Positions 1 through 8,355 of a stretch of 32,000 nt of DNA are shown piece after piece. This DNA comes from Thermoproteus tenax Kra 1 (GTDB lineage Archaea; Thermoproteota; Thermoprotei; Thermoproteales; Thermoproteaceae). The position numbers and the translations under genes were made by a program. A model generated the notes under the pieces. The model worked only from the letters and a program-made list of their open reading frames with translations. It was not told where the DNA came from and made no database searches. The DNA lies in NCBI RefSeq assembly GCF_000253055.1, contig NC_016070.1, forward strand, positions 210,001 to 242,000, in the 5' to 3' direction. Numbering within the stretch: the first letter of the stretch is position 1; the number at the start of each line of letters is the position of its first letter.

Positions 1-332
1 ACGTGTACGTAATATGCAGTGGTTCCGTTGTAGATCACGGTCTTGAGGTTCGCAGTGATTACGTGTTTATTGTAGTTTATTACCAATTTAGTTGTATTTG
101 AGACATAGACTATGTGGATAGTGCCCGAGGGCGTCGTAACTTGGACTAAAGTGGCGTTGCCGATCTGTGTGACGTTGGCCGCCGGACTGGTCGCGTTGAC
201 TGAGGTGGAGTTCACTGCAGTTGTGTTAGTAGTGCCGTTGGGCGTGGCGAAGGCTACGGCGTGATGGCCTCCCATGAGCACGACCGCCAGTGCCAACACG
301 GTTAGGGCTGTTATTGTTTTGACCCAGCTCAT
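1..332 (-). CDS. Secreted protein, N-terminal part (runs off the left edge); signal peptide followed by many N-x-S/T sequons
   Basis: Hand translation of the minus strand from the ATG at 332 gives MSWVKTITALTVLALAVVLMGGHHAVAFATPNGTTNTTAVNSTSVNATSPAANVTQIGNATL... The frame stays open to position 1. The N-terminus is hydrophobic and there are repeated NxT/NxS sequons. This ORF is not in the supplied track because it is truncated. Confidence 0.55.
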   Translation of the reverse strand, partial: MSWVKTITALTVLALAVVLMGGHHAVAFATPNGTTNTTAVNSTSVNATSPAANVTQIGNATLVQVTTPSGTIHIVYVSNTTKLVINYNKHVITANLKTVIYNGTTAYYVH

Positions 333-437
333 AGGCGCTGTGCAAGCCCGTCTTAAAAAGGAATATTTTTCAGGCGATGCGGAAAGGCCGGCCCCCGCGT
401 TTCGCCCAGGAGGAACGGCCTCTGAGGGCCATTCCTC

Positions 438-1364
438 CTATCTGAAATGCGCCAGATACCAAAGGTAGCCCACGATGCCTATGGGCGCCGTGAGGCCGAA
501 GTAGCCGCGCCACACCGCGAGGGCCTCCAGGAGGGAGACGACCACGGCGATCGTCACGGCTGTGGTTGTGGCGGGGTCCAGGGAGTAGACGCCGAGGGCC
601 ATCGCGAGGCCCGGGTAGAACGTGCCGTATAGGGCCTTCTCTCCGACTATAGCTCCTATGCCGTCTTCGTCTCTGCCTCTGTAGACCAATATGAGCCCCA
701 CAACCGACTCGGGGATGACGGTGGCTATGGGGACGAGGACGACGGCGAGCGCCGCCTCGTCTAGCCCCAGCGCGCGGCCCAAGCCTGCTATGCCCTCCAC
801 TAGCCACTCAGCGCCGAGATACAGTGCGGCCAACGCGACGGCCAGCTGTAGCAGAGGGTTCCTCAGCCACAGCTTGGAGACGGCCGAGGGCTGTCCCTCC
901 CTCTTTATCAACATATAGGCGTATATAAAATACAGCGCAACTATGGAGAGCCCATATATACGCCCGTAGAGGCCGTAGCTCTGGGGGTGGAGCCAGAGTA
1001 TAGGTATCAAGGGGAGCGTGAAGGCCAACAGCGGCGCTGCCACTACCTTGTGCACGTGGGGGATCGGGCTGGCCCTTCTGTGGGACAGCCACGCGATGAA
1101 GGCTGTGGCGACCACCGCAGGGTAGATAATTGTGGAGGCCATGAAGGGCTGGGCTACTATGGAGCCCCACGCTATTCCCCCCTCCCCTCTGAGGATGGCG
1201 ATGAGGAACACGGCGAGCTCAGGGCTCGACGTTATCAACGGGGCGAAGACGGTGGCAACGCCGAAGGAGGACCTCCTCCACCTCCACGATATATACCCGA
1301 TCAGCTGCTCCACGAGCAGTCCGGCGACCAGAGTCAACGCGAGCCCGGGGATCAGCTGCAGCAT
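438..1364 (-). CDS. Ca2+/cation antiporter (CaCA, Na+/Ca2+ exchanger-like) membrane protein
   Basis: 308-aa polytopic protein with two alpha-repeat-like motifs, 'APLITSSPELAVFLIAI' and 'VPIATVIPESVVGLILV' (G/S-S-x-PE type). Confidence 0.7.
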   Translation of the reverse strand: MLQLIPGLALTLVAGLLVEQLIGYISWRWRRSSFGVATVFAPLITSSPELAVFLIAILRGEGGIAWGSIVAQPFMASTIIYPAVVATAFIAWLSHRRASPIPHVHKVVAAPLLAFTLPLIPILWLHPQSYGLYGRIYGLSIVALYFIYAYMLIKREGQPSAVSKLWLRNPLLQLAVALAALYLGAEWLVEGIAGLGRALGLDEAALAVVLVPIATVIPESVVGLILVYRGRDEDGIGAIVGEKALYGTFYPGLAMALGVYSLDPATTTAVTIAVVVSLLEALAVWRGYFGLTAPIGIVGYLWYLAHFR

Positions 1365-1394
1365 GGCCGCATTATTATATACCTAAATATAGAT

Positions 1395-2294
1395 ATGGAG
1401 TTTAAACCTGAGCTCAAAGTCGTCACAGAGAGGGGGGACCTGGGCCGGGAATTCTTTCAATTGCTCCTTGCTGTGGAGCTTTCGGGCTCCCTCAAGGGGG
1501 CCTCCGAGGCTCTGAAGGTGCCGTATTCAACGGCGTGGAACACTGTGGCGAGGGCCGAGAGGATCCTCGGCGTCAAGATAGTTGAGGCCTCCAAGAGGGG
1601 AGGCACCACCCTCACCGACAGAGGGCGGGAGCTGTTGAGGCGTTATATGGCGGAGGCGGGCAAGATGGGGCTCGTCCTCGGGCTGAGCGACTTCATATAT
1701 GCGGGAAGCCACGACCCGATTGTTGAGGCCGCCCTCCAGAGGTCTGAGGCGTATTTCGTGGGCTCTATGCGGGGCCTCCTCCTCGTGTCGGAGGGGCTGG
1801 CGCACTTCGGCGGCATCCACCTCGGCGATAACGTCCAGGCGGTGCGGATATACGGCGGAGGGCTCCGTCTGATCCACGGGTTCAAGCGGGAGGTGGGCGT
1901 GGCGTCGAGGCGGGAGCTGAGGCGGCTCAGGGACATAGTGGGCCTCAAAATAGTGAACAGACAGCCAGGCTCCGGGACAAGGCTCCACATCGATAGAGTC
2001 CTCTCTACGCTCAGACTTACGCCTGAGAAAGTGCCCGGATACGACAGAATAGCGCCGACTCACGACGAGGCTGCGAGGATCGTTGCGGAGGGAGAGGCGG
2101 ACTACACTATAACTCTGCGCTATGTGGCCGAGAGGTACGGGCTCTACTTTATGAAGCTCTGGGACGAGGAGTTCGACTTCGTCTGCAGACGCGGGCTCGA
2201 GAGGCGTGTGGCTCAGTTCGTGAGGGAGCTGGAGCTGGGGCCCGGCTACGCCCCTAAGCCCAATATGGGCCGGGTTGAGCCAACTATTAAATAG
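1395..2294 (+). CDS. ModE-type HTH regulator fused to a periplasmic-binding-protein-like domain (putative molybdate/tungstate-responsive regulator)
   Basis: An internal ATG at 1395 (MEFKPELKVV...) sits just past the divergent gene that ends at 1364. The N-terminus 'FFQLLLAVELSGSLKGASEALKVPYSTAWNTVARAERILGVKIVEASKRGGTTLTDRGRELL' resembles the ModE/LysR-like HTH. The roughly 200-aa C-terminal part looks PBP-like. The 987-1394 part of the track ORF overlaps the antiporter gene and has low-complexity R/G/P content. Confidence 0.65.
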   Translation: MEFKPELKVVTERGDLGREFFQLLLAVELSGSLKGASEALKVPYSTAWNTVARAERILGVKIVEASKRGGTTLTDRGRELLRRYMAEAGKMGLVLGLSDFIYAGSHDPIVEAALQRSEAYFVGSMRGLLLVSEGLAHFGGIHLGDNVQAVRIYGGGLRLIHGFKREVGVASRRELRRLRDIVGLKIVNRQPGSGTRLHIDRVLSTLRLTPEKVPGYDRIAPTHDEAARIVAEGEADYTITLRYVAERYGLYFMKLWDEEFDFVCRRGLERRVAQFVRELELGPGYAPKPNMGRVEPTIK

Positions 2295-2311
2295 GGAGCT
2301 CCGCAACCTCC

Positions 2312-3481
2312 ATGCGGACCGGCCTCGTTTTGGCGCTCCTCTCGGCCCTCCTCGCCGCAGCCCTAGTCTACCTCTATCTGCAGTACTCAGCTCTGGCCGG
2401 CTCGTACACAGATCTACAGAACAGATATCAAGCTCTGAGGAGCGAGTACGCCCAGCTCTCCAGCCGGCTCTCCTCTCTCCAGACAGACTACCAGAGGCTG
2501 CAGAGCCGGTACAACTCATCGCTGGCCGAGCTCGGCGCACTGCAGAGTAGATATGCGTCGTTGGAGAAGAACTACACCTCGCTCCTGGCGCAATACAGCA
2601 TTCTGGCGAACGCCTCGGCCACCAACAAGACTTGTCTTACGGCGTATGAACAATTGCTCAGCCAATATTTGGCCCTACAGAAGAGCTACGAGACCTTGAA
2701 GGCCCAGCTCGCCTCGCTTCAGCAGAACTACTCCAGGCTTTTGAGCCTATACAACGAGACGCAAAGACATATCGCCTACTTCTGCGCCGGGGCCACCCCC
2801 GCCGTCTTTCAGGCGATACACCTCGCCGAGGCGGGCGCCCTCGAGGGACAGATAGCGTACGAGGGCCAGACCGTCTGCGTCGGGGTGCAGCTGGCCGAGG
2901 GCCAGTACGAGTACCTCCTCTCGTTGTTGAACTCGAGCATGAGGGTCGGCTCCGGGGGCGTGGCGGTGGTGGAGTACCTGGACCCGACCTGCCCGTACTG
3001 CGCTCTGTTCTACGCGCTGTACGGCGGAGGGCTCGGCTCGTACGTGGAGAACGGCACGGTGACCCTCGCGGTGAGGTACTTCCCGACGCACGTATTCTCG
3101 TACTACCAAGAGGGCCAGTACGAGGCCTTCGACGCAGGCGTCGAGGCCTGGCTCTACTGGCAGTGCGCCTACGGGCAGGGGAGGCTGATGGAGGCCGTGG
3201 AGGGGACGTACGCGGTGGCGATCCGTTATCTCGCGGACTACGAGCGGACCGGCAACTCCACGGACCTCTCGGTCTATCCGCTGGCCGAGCTGTCCTATCT
3301 GTCCCAGAGCCTCCCGGGGTGCCGCGTCAACGCCACGACGGCCTGGTTGTTCCAATTCGCCAACTCTACATTGTGGCAGATCTCCTCGGAGGCCCAGAGG
3401 ATAGGCGTGCCGCAGAGCATGCTCGGCACCCCGCTGTTTGTGGTGTTCAAGCTAGCTCCCTCTCAGTATCCCTCCCCTTGA
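2312..3481 (+). CDS. Membrane-anchored coiled-coil protein with a C-terminal DsbA/thioredoxin-like domain (CPYC)
   Basis: N-terminal TM segment 'GLVLALLSALLAAALVYLYL'. About 150 aa of repetitive 'LQxxYxxL' coiled coil. A 'YLDPTCPYCALFY' CxxC motif. Many N-x-S/T sequons suggest an extracellular location. Confidence 0.6.
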   Translation: MRTGLVLALLSALLAAALVYLYLQYSALAGSYTDLQNRYQALRSEYAQLSSRLSSLQTDYQRLQSRYNSSLAELGALQSRYASLEKNYTSLLAQYSILANASATNKTCLTAYEQLLSQYLALQKSYETLKAQLASLQQNYSRLLSLYNETQRHIAYFCAGATPAVFQAIHLAEAGALEGQIAYEGQTVCVGVQLAEGQYEYLLSLLNSSMRVGSGGVAVVEYLDPTCPYCALFYALYGGGLGSYVENGTVTLAVRYFPTHVFSYYQEGQYEAFDAGVEAWLYWQCAYGQGRLMEAVEGTYAVAIRYLADYERTGNSTDLSVYPLAELSYLSQSLPGCRVNATTAWLFQFANSTLWQISSEAQRIGVPQSMLGTPLFVVFKLAPSQYPSP

Positions 3482-3743
3482 CGGAGCGGTCGTAGGCTAT
3501 CCAGTTCCGGTACCACTCCTCGTTCAGCCTCTTGAGCTCGCCCAGAATAAACTTTGTTAATTCAACAGTGGTGACAGACTCGGGCCCGTCGTCGAGCGCG
3601 CACTCTATCTTCCTCGCTATCTTTCTGGCTATCTCGGGCGGCGCTCCGGCCTTCAAAATGCTGACTACGATCTTCTCCGGTATAAACTCCTCTATGCGGC
3701 CGTCCCTTTTGATTACCTTCACAGGAGAGACTGTGGGCATCAA
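3447..3743 (-). CDS. Stand-alone ATP-cone domain protein
   Basis: 'VKVIKRDGRIEEFIPEKIVVSILKAG...ARKIARKIE...VTTVELTKFILGELKRLN' matches the ATP-cone pattern (V-KRDG--E-F---KI). Its 3' end overlaps the convergent gene by 35 nt. Confidence 0.65.
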   Translation of the reverse strand: MMPTVSPVKVIKRDGRIEEFIPEKIVVSILKAGAPPEIARKIARKIECALDDGPESVTTVELTKFILGELKRLNEEWYRNWIAYDRSVKGRDTERELA

Positions 3744-3859
3744 TATATGTTTACCCTCCTAGGATACTGATATCGAAAAAGATTTCTAAAAAACAACATA
3801 TTTAAAAAGAGGCCAATAAAAAAGTCAAAAAGCTTAAATATTAACATCGTTAATACAAC

Positions 3860-5563
3860 GTGCCGAAGTTGCGCTATGCGCTCCTTGGTCCGCCCAACGT
3901 GGGGAAGTCCAGCCTATTCTACGCGCTGACGGGCATATACGTCAAGACGGCCAACTACCCGGGCACTACCATCGAGGTCCACAGAGGCCTCCTCAGACGC
4001 GGCGACATCGAGATAGTGGATCTCCCCGGCGTCTTGCACCCAGACAATCCCACCGACTTAGACGAGAAGATAGCTCTGAGGGAGGCGCTCGAGGGAGACT
4101 ACGACGGAGTGGTCGTCGTAGCTGCACCCCACGCATTCAAGGAGGCCCTCGCGTTGGCCAGGACGGTGGCGAGGAGCAAGCCTGTTATCTTCGTCTACAA
4201 TATGTACGACGTAGCGCCTCTGTCGATACCGGCCGAGGAGCTCTCGCGCAAGCTCTCGATGCCCGTGGTCTACACCTCGGCGGCGAAGAGGCTGGGCCTT
4301 GACAAGCTCGTCGACCTCATGAGGCGCGGGCCTCCGCCGTCTAGGCCGGGCGAGGCGGCCGACTTCGAGGTGCCTGCGTCGTACGCAATAAGGGGGCGGA
4401 TTTTCTCCAGCACGCCCCTCGCGGCGGCGACGTTGATCCTCATGGGCCTGGGCACTCTTCTGTTGCTCTTGGCGGCGATGGAGGGAGTGACTCCCCTGGG
4501 GGAGATCCCGTACGCAGCTATGCCGCTCTGGGACCGCCTCTCCGAGGCGGTGGCGGACTACATCAAGGCCGCCGTCCCCAACGAGGTTCTGGCGTCCTTT
4601 CTTGCAGACGGCGTGTGGAACGCGGCGTCAACTCTGGTCTCGATCTCCATCTACGTCCTCACGGCGCTCTCCCTTGTGGTCTTCTACGAGGAGAGCGGCT
4701 TGATAGGCCTCTTGACCTCGAGGCTCGAGAGGGCTTTGGCCAAGCTCGGCGTGCCCCCCAGAGGCGTCGTATGCCTCCTGGTCGGCGCCTCCTGCAACGT
4801 GCCTGCGGTCGCGTCGGCGAGAGTCCTCTGGGGCTCGGACAATAGGAAGATCACGGCGTTGCTCGCGCCGTATATGCCGTGCGCCGCCCGGCTGGCGATC
4901 TTCACAGCCGTGGCCTCCGCGGCCCTCGCCAATACGCCGTACTTAATCCCTCTGGCGGTCTTTCTGCCCTACGCCGTAGCCTTTCTGGCCGTCTTCGCCG
5001 CCTCTAAGCTCTACCAGCTGGGGCTTGGCGTAAGGCTGGCCCCCAGCGGGGAGGTGCCGCCGGCCCCCCTCCTTATGCCGAACCTCAGGATATACGCCGT
5101 AAAAATCGCGGTGGAGCTCAGAGAGTTTTTACGGAAGGTGGGCCTCCTCTTGTTCCTCACAGTTTTAGCCATATGGCCTCTGACCTCCTTCGGCCCCTCG
5201 GGCTTCACCGGCGATGCCTCAAGCTCGTATCTGGCGCTTCTGGGCAGATACCTAGAGCCGCTGTTCCGGCCGATGGGCATCCCGTGGAACGTCGTGGCCG
5301 GCCTGTTGGCGGGGTGGATATTCAAAGAGCTCGTGCTCGGCATAATGGCCGGGACAGGCGCGCTCCAGACGTTGTCCTCTCTGCCGCTGCCCTCGGTCTT
5401 GGCGGCGCTCGTGTTCATGGCCTTTTACTCCGCGTGTATAGCCACGCTCTCCTCGCTGTATAGGACCGTGGGGCTCAGACTGACGGCTATATCGGCCGCC
5501 GTCCAGCTCGCGCTCGCCTATCTGTTCGCATACGCCGTATATCTGGCGGCCAGCTCCGTTTAA
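3860..5563 (+). CDS. feoB: Ferrous iron transporter FeoB (GTPase plus membrane domain)
   Basis: GTG start. G1 motif 'GPPNVGKSSLFYALTG', 'NYPGTTIE', 'DLPGV', followed by a large polytopic C-terminal domain. Confidence 0.88.
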   Translation: MPKLRYALLGPPNVGKSSLFYALTGIYVKTANYPGTTIEVHRGLLRRGDIEIVDLPGVLHPDNPTDLDEKIALREALEGDYDGVVVVAAPHAFKEALALARTVARSKPVIFVYNMYDVAPLSIPAEELSRKLSMPVVYTSAAKRLGLDKLVDLMRRGPPPSRPGEAADFEVPASYAIRGRIFSSTPLAAATLILMGLGTLLLLLAAMEGVTPLGEIPYAAMPLWDRLSEAVADYIKAAVPNEVLASFLADGVWNAASTLVSISIYVLTALSLVVFYEESGLIGLLTSRLERALAKLGVPPRGVVCLLVGASCNVPAVASARVLWGSDNRKITALLAPYMPCAARLAIFTAVASAALANTPYLIPLAVFLPYAVAFLAVFAASKLYQLGLGVRLAPSGEVPPAPLLMPNLRIYAVKIAVELREFLRKVGLLLFLTVLAIWPLTSFGPSGFTGDASSSYLALLGRYLEPLFRPMGIPWNVVAGLLAGWIFKELVLGIMAGTGALQTLSSLPLPSVLAALVFMAFYSACIATLSSLYRTVGLRLTAISAAVQLALAYLFAYAVYLAASSV

Positions 5564-5591
5564 CGATAAATAGTCGCATCACTGGAGGGCC

Positions 5592-5804
5592 ATGGAGGAG
5601 GTGGACGTCAGAGGCATGCAGTGCCCCGACCCGTTGAAGGTCGTGGCCGCCAAACTGGCCGCGGCCCCGCAGGGGGCGCAGTTCAGAGTTTTGACCGACG
5701 ATTACACCTGCTACTTGATGCTGCGGAGGATGGCGGCTCTAAACGACGTCAAGATCTTGTCGTCTGAGGAGGGCGAGGTCTTCGTGTTGATCCTGGAGAA
5801 ATGA
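5592..5804 (+). CDS. TusA/SirA-like sulfur-carrier protein
   Basis: 70 aa. 'VDVRGMQCPDPLKVV' carries the CPxP active-site motif of the TusA family. Confidence 0.7.
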   Translation: MEEVDVRGMQCPDPLKVVAAKLAAAPQGAQFRVLTDDYTCYLMLRRMAALNDVKILSSEEGEVFVLILEK

Positions 5805-5809
5805 CGCCG

Positions 5810-6967
5810 CTACGCGAGCGCCGCCTTCAACAGCTTTATCACTTCGCCTAGGTGTCTTTCTCTGGCCTCGTCCGCGGTCTCTCCGTCGGCCGGGTCTATC
5901 CTCAGGGGGTATATGGCGCGGCCGTCTCTCATACGGATCGGCTTGCCGCTATTTGCCCATCTAACTGCCGCCTCCTCCTCTTCATCCTCGGCCTCTTCCT
6001 CCGACACGGCTGGATATACCAATATCCCAATTTTCGCACTATATTCGCACATATATGTCATCACTTGGAAGCGGCCTCTTGCGATGTAGCCCGGCCTGTC
6101 TGAGTATTTGCACTCCACCACGGCTTTCACGTCGGCGTTTGCGACAGTTAAATCCGGTCTCCCCCTCACCTCGTCCCCGGCGACCTCCTCTATTATGGAG
6201 TGGTGCGGCAATGCTCTGTTAAGATACACCGCCAGGGTTTTACCGTCCCTTTCGACTAAGACGGCGCGTTTCTCCGCGTCTATCCCCACCGTCCTCCAGC
6301 CCAAGCGCCGTAGGGCATCTAACACGAGCGTAGCTATGTACATCTCGTATAGGCGCCAGTTGATGAACTTCAACGCCTTCCCAACGCCCCTCCTCTCCCC
6401 CACGTATACCTCTCCCTCGACGAGCGCCTTGGCCGCCTTGTAGATAGCCCACCCCTGTCTTAGCCACGGCGGCGCCTCTCTTACGTCTACTGCCGCTGTG
6501 CCATATGCCTTGGGCAACCTTTTGGCGATCCGCCTCAGCCTCTCGGCGTTCTCCCTCATCTTCTCATCGAGGATAGCCTCCCTCCCCCACTTAGCTACTT
6601 TTAGGGCCATGCGCCGCAGTATTCCATACTCCGGCGCTTTAAGCGAAGGGAGATACGTCAGCGAGGCGTATACTCCAGCAGGCAGAACAGCCACTGTCCT
6701 TCCTACGTCTAAGGCGCCGAAGACATCGTCACCGTATACGACAGCAAATTCCCTATAAACCAAGAGGTCCCTAAGTGCGGCCTTCACCACTCTTGTCATA
6801 GCATTTACAAACTCGGCCAACAACGCGGAGGCTACTGTGTGTCTCTCCTCCTCCGATCCTCCCAGGAGCTTCACGGCCTTCCCCCACTCGACGTAGTGTT
6901 TTATGTACCAACGGGCCGTCAGCTCTAACAACCGCCTATCCCTAAGGCGCCACTCAGCGGACCCCAC
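5810..6967 (-). CDS. McrC-like subunit with a PD-(D/E)xK nuclease core
   Basis: Lies 3 nt downstream of the McrB-like gene on the same strand. 'RPDLTVANADVKAVVECKYSD' has the D...ExK pattern typical of the McrC C-terminus. Confidence 0.65.
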   Translation of the reverse strand: MGSAEWRLRDRRLLELTARWYIKHYVEWGKAVKLLGGSEEERHTVASALLAEFVNAMTRVVKAALRDLLVYREFAVVYGDDVFGALDVGRTVAVLPAGVYASLTYLPSLKAPEYGILRRMALKVAKWGREAILDEKMRENAERLRRIAKRLPKAYGTAAVDVREAPPWLRQGWAIYKAAKALVEGEVYVGERRGVGKALKFINWRLYEMYIATLVLDALRRLGWRTVGIDAEKRAVLVERDGKTLAVYLNRALPHHSIIEEVAGDEVRGRPDLTVANADVKAVVECKYSDRPGYIARGRFQVMTYMCEYSAKIGILVYPAVSEEEAEDEEEEAAVRWANSGKPIRMRDGRAIYPLRIDPADGETADEARERHLGEVIKLLKAALA

Positions 6968-6970
6968 GGG

Positions 6971-8326
6971 CTACGACTTACGCCTCCTCCTCAGGGCGAA
7001 TCCCCCAGACGACATCTCAATCAGCTCTTCAGCTCGCGGCTCGGCGAGACCCAAGGCCTGGTAGGCGCGTCTAAGCCTCTCGGCGTGAATTAACGCGCTG
7101 GGCGGAATGTCGCCTCCTCTATTCATGTTCTGATATGCGCTGTAGAGATCTTTATCTGTCTGGAAAACGTTCTCACTTACGTCAAATTTCACGATGGTGA
7201 ATCTCCTCAAGAGGGCCTCCCCCAGCAGAAACAGGTTTCTAACGTCGCGCGTGTTCATCGTGGCTAACACCCTGATCCTCTTGAGAGGGGCATCCCCCAT
7301 CTCTCTATAGTTCCGCAGGAAGGCCCTCGCCTCCTCGTCGGCCTTTTCGCCGTATCCCTCGATCTCCTCCACCAGCGACTTGGGTATTTCCCAGTCTTCG
7401 GGACTCGGCGATCTGAAGATAGAGAAGAACTCGCCGAAGGCCTTGTCTGCATCTGCCCTATTTATCTCGTCGATGATGAGGAGAAGGGGCCTCCCGCAGT
7501 TTCCGGCGGCCCTGTTGTAGGCCTTTATCAACAAGCCGCTCTTCCAGACGACGGAGCCCTCCCTTATGGTTTCCCCTCCGATCACGTCGCGCCTAAACCA
7601 CAACGCGTTCGCTGTAGCCAAAATGTAATCGCTCCCCGTCAGCCTCTTGGCGAACTCCACAGCCAACGTCGTCTTCCCCACCCCCGGCGGACCAACAAGC
7701 AACACGTTGCCGGCGTACAGCGCCGCCCCCACCTTCTCCGCCACGCCGGGATACAAGCCGCGTAGTTGCTCAACAGCAACCTTGAAGGGGGCGACCTCTA
7801 TGCCGCCTTTACACCTAGGTACAACATAGTTCCCGCTTCTCCTCGCCAGATCTAAGACAGCTTCAACTATCCTGCAGTCCACCTCGTGAAGCGACCCAGG
7901 CGCCTCAATCTTAAGCAGAAAGCCCTCCCCGCCCTCTAGATAGGCTAGCACATCGATGAAAAATTTGTAGTTCCACCCCTCTCTGCGCCTGTCAGGCCAG
8001 TACTCGCACTGGCACCAATCCACAAGGTCTTCCTTCGAAACTCTGCCGATAGCCACCACCTTCGAGTGGTACCACTCCGGCGATCCACTTGACGTGGGCA
8101 CTGCCAACACATACACCTCTCCCATTTTCTCAACGGCCTCCTTCAGCTTCTCAAAGTGCTCATACTGGGCAAACGCCCACAGGATTTTGCCATCTCTCTT
8201 CTTTGCCTTTAACGCCTCTAGACATTGGGGATCGCACTGGTCTGGATAGCGCGGCTTGAGCTCGCCTGCGATCTGCGACAGCGCGAAATGCCAGTTTGTG
8301 GCGGTGCCCCTTATTATAAAACACAT
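6971..8326 (-). CDS. McrB-like AAA+ GTPase with an N-terminal EVE/PUA-like domain (type IV restriction)
   Basis: Walker A 'LLVGPPGVGKTT'. Walker B 'LLLIIDEINRAD'. McrB signature 'LATMNTRDVRN...EALLRRF'. The N-terminal ~170 aa ('CFIIRGTATNWHFAL...ILWAFAQ...VYVLAVPTSS...VVAIGRVSKED...GWNYKFFIDVL') resembles an EVE/ASCH-type reader fold; this last point is inference. Confidence 0.8.
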   Translation of the reverse strand: MCFIIRGTATNWHFALSQIAGELKPRYPDQCDPQCLEALKAKKRDGKILWAFAQYEHFEKLKEAVEKMGEVYVLAVPTSSGSPEWYHSKVVAIGRVSKEDLVDWCQCEYWPDRRREGWNYKFFIDVLAYLEGGEGFLLKIEAPGSLHEVDCRIVEAVLDLARRSGNYVVPRCKGGIEVAPFKVAVEQLRGLYPGVAEKVGAALYAGNVLLVGPPGVGKTTLAVEFAKRLTGSDYILATANALWFRRDVIGGETIREGSVVWKSGLLIKAYNRAAGNCGRPLLLIIDEINRADADKAFGEFFSIFRSPSPEDWEIPKSLVEEIEGYGEKADEEARAFLRNYREMGDAPLKRIRVLATMNTRDVRNLFLLGEALLRRFTIVKFDVSENVFQTDKDLYSAYQNMNRGGDIPPSALIHAERLRRAYQALGLAEPRAEELIEMSSGGFALRRRRKS

Positions 8327-8355
8327 AAAGTTGAAATTAAAAACCGATCTAATAT

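Noticed and set aside
987-1394. N-terminal extensions of track ORFs: 987-1394 (regulator), 12239-12553 (cas3'), 10192-10401 (cas6), 10767-10781 (cas3'') and 21080-21088 (Ntn hydrolase)
   Set aside because: The extensions overlap the neighbouring genes and are R/G/S/P-rich. Internal ATGs give ATGA or short overlaps with upstream stops and start exactly where the family similarity begins.
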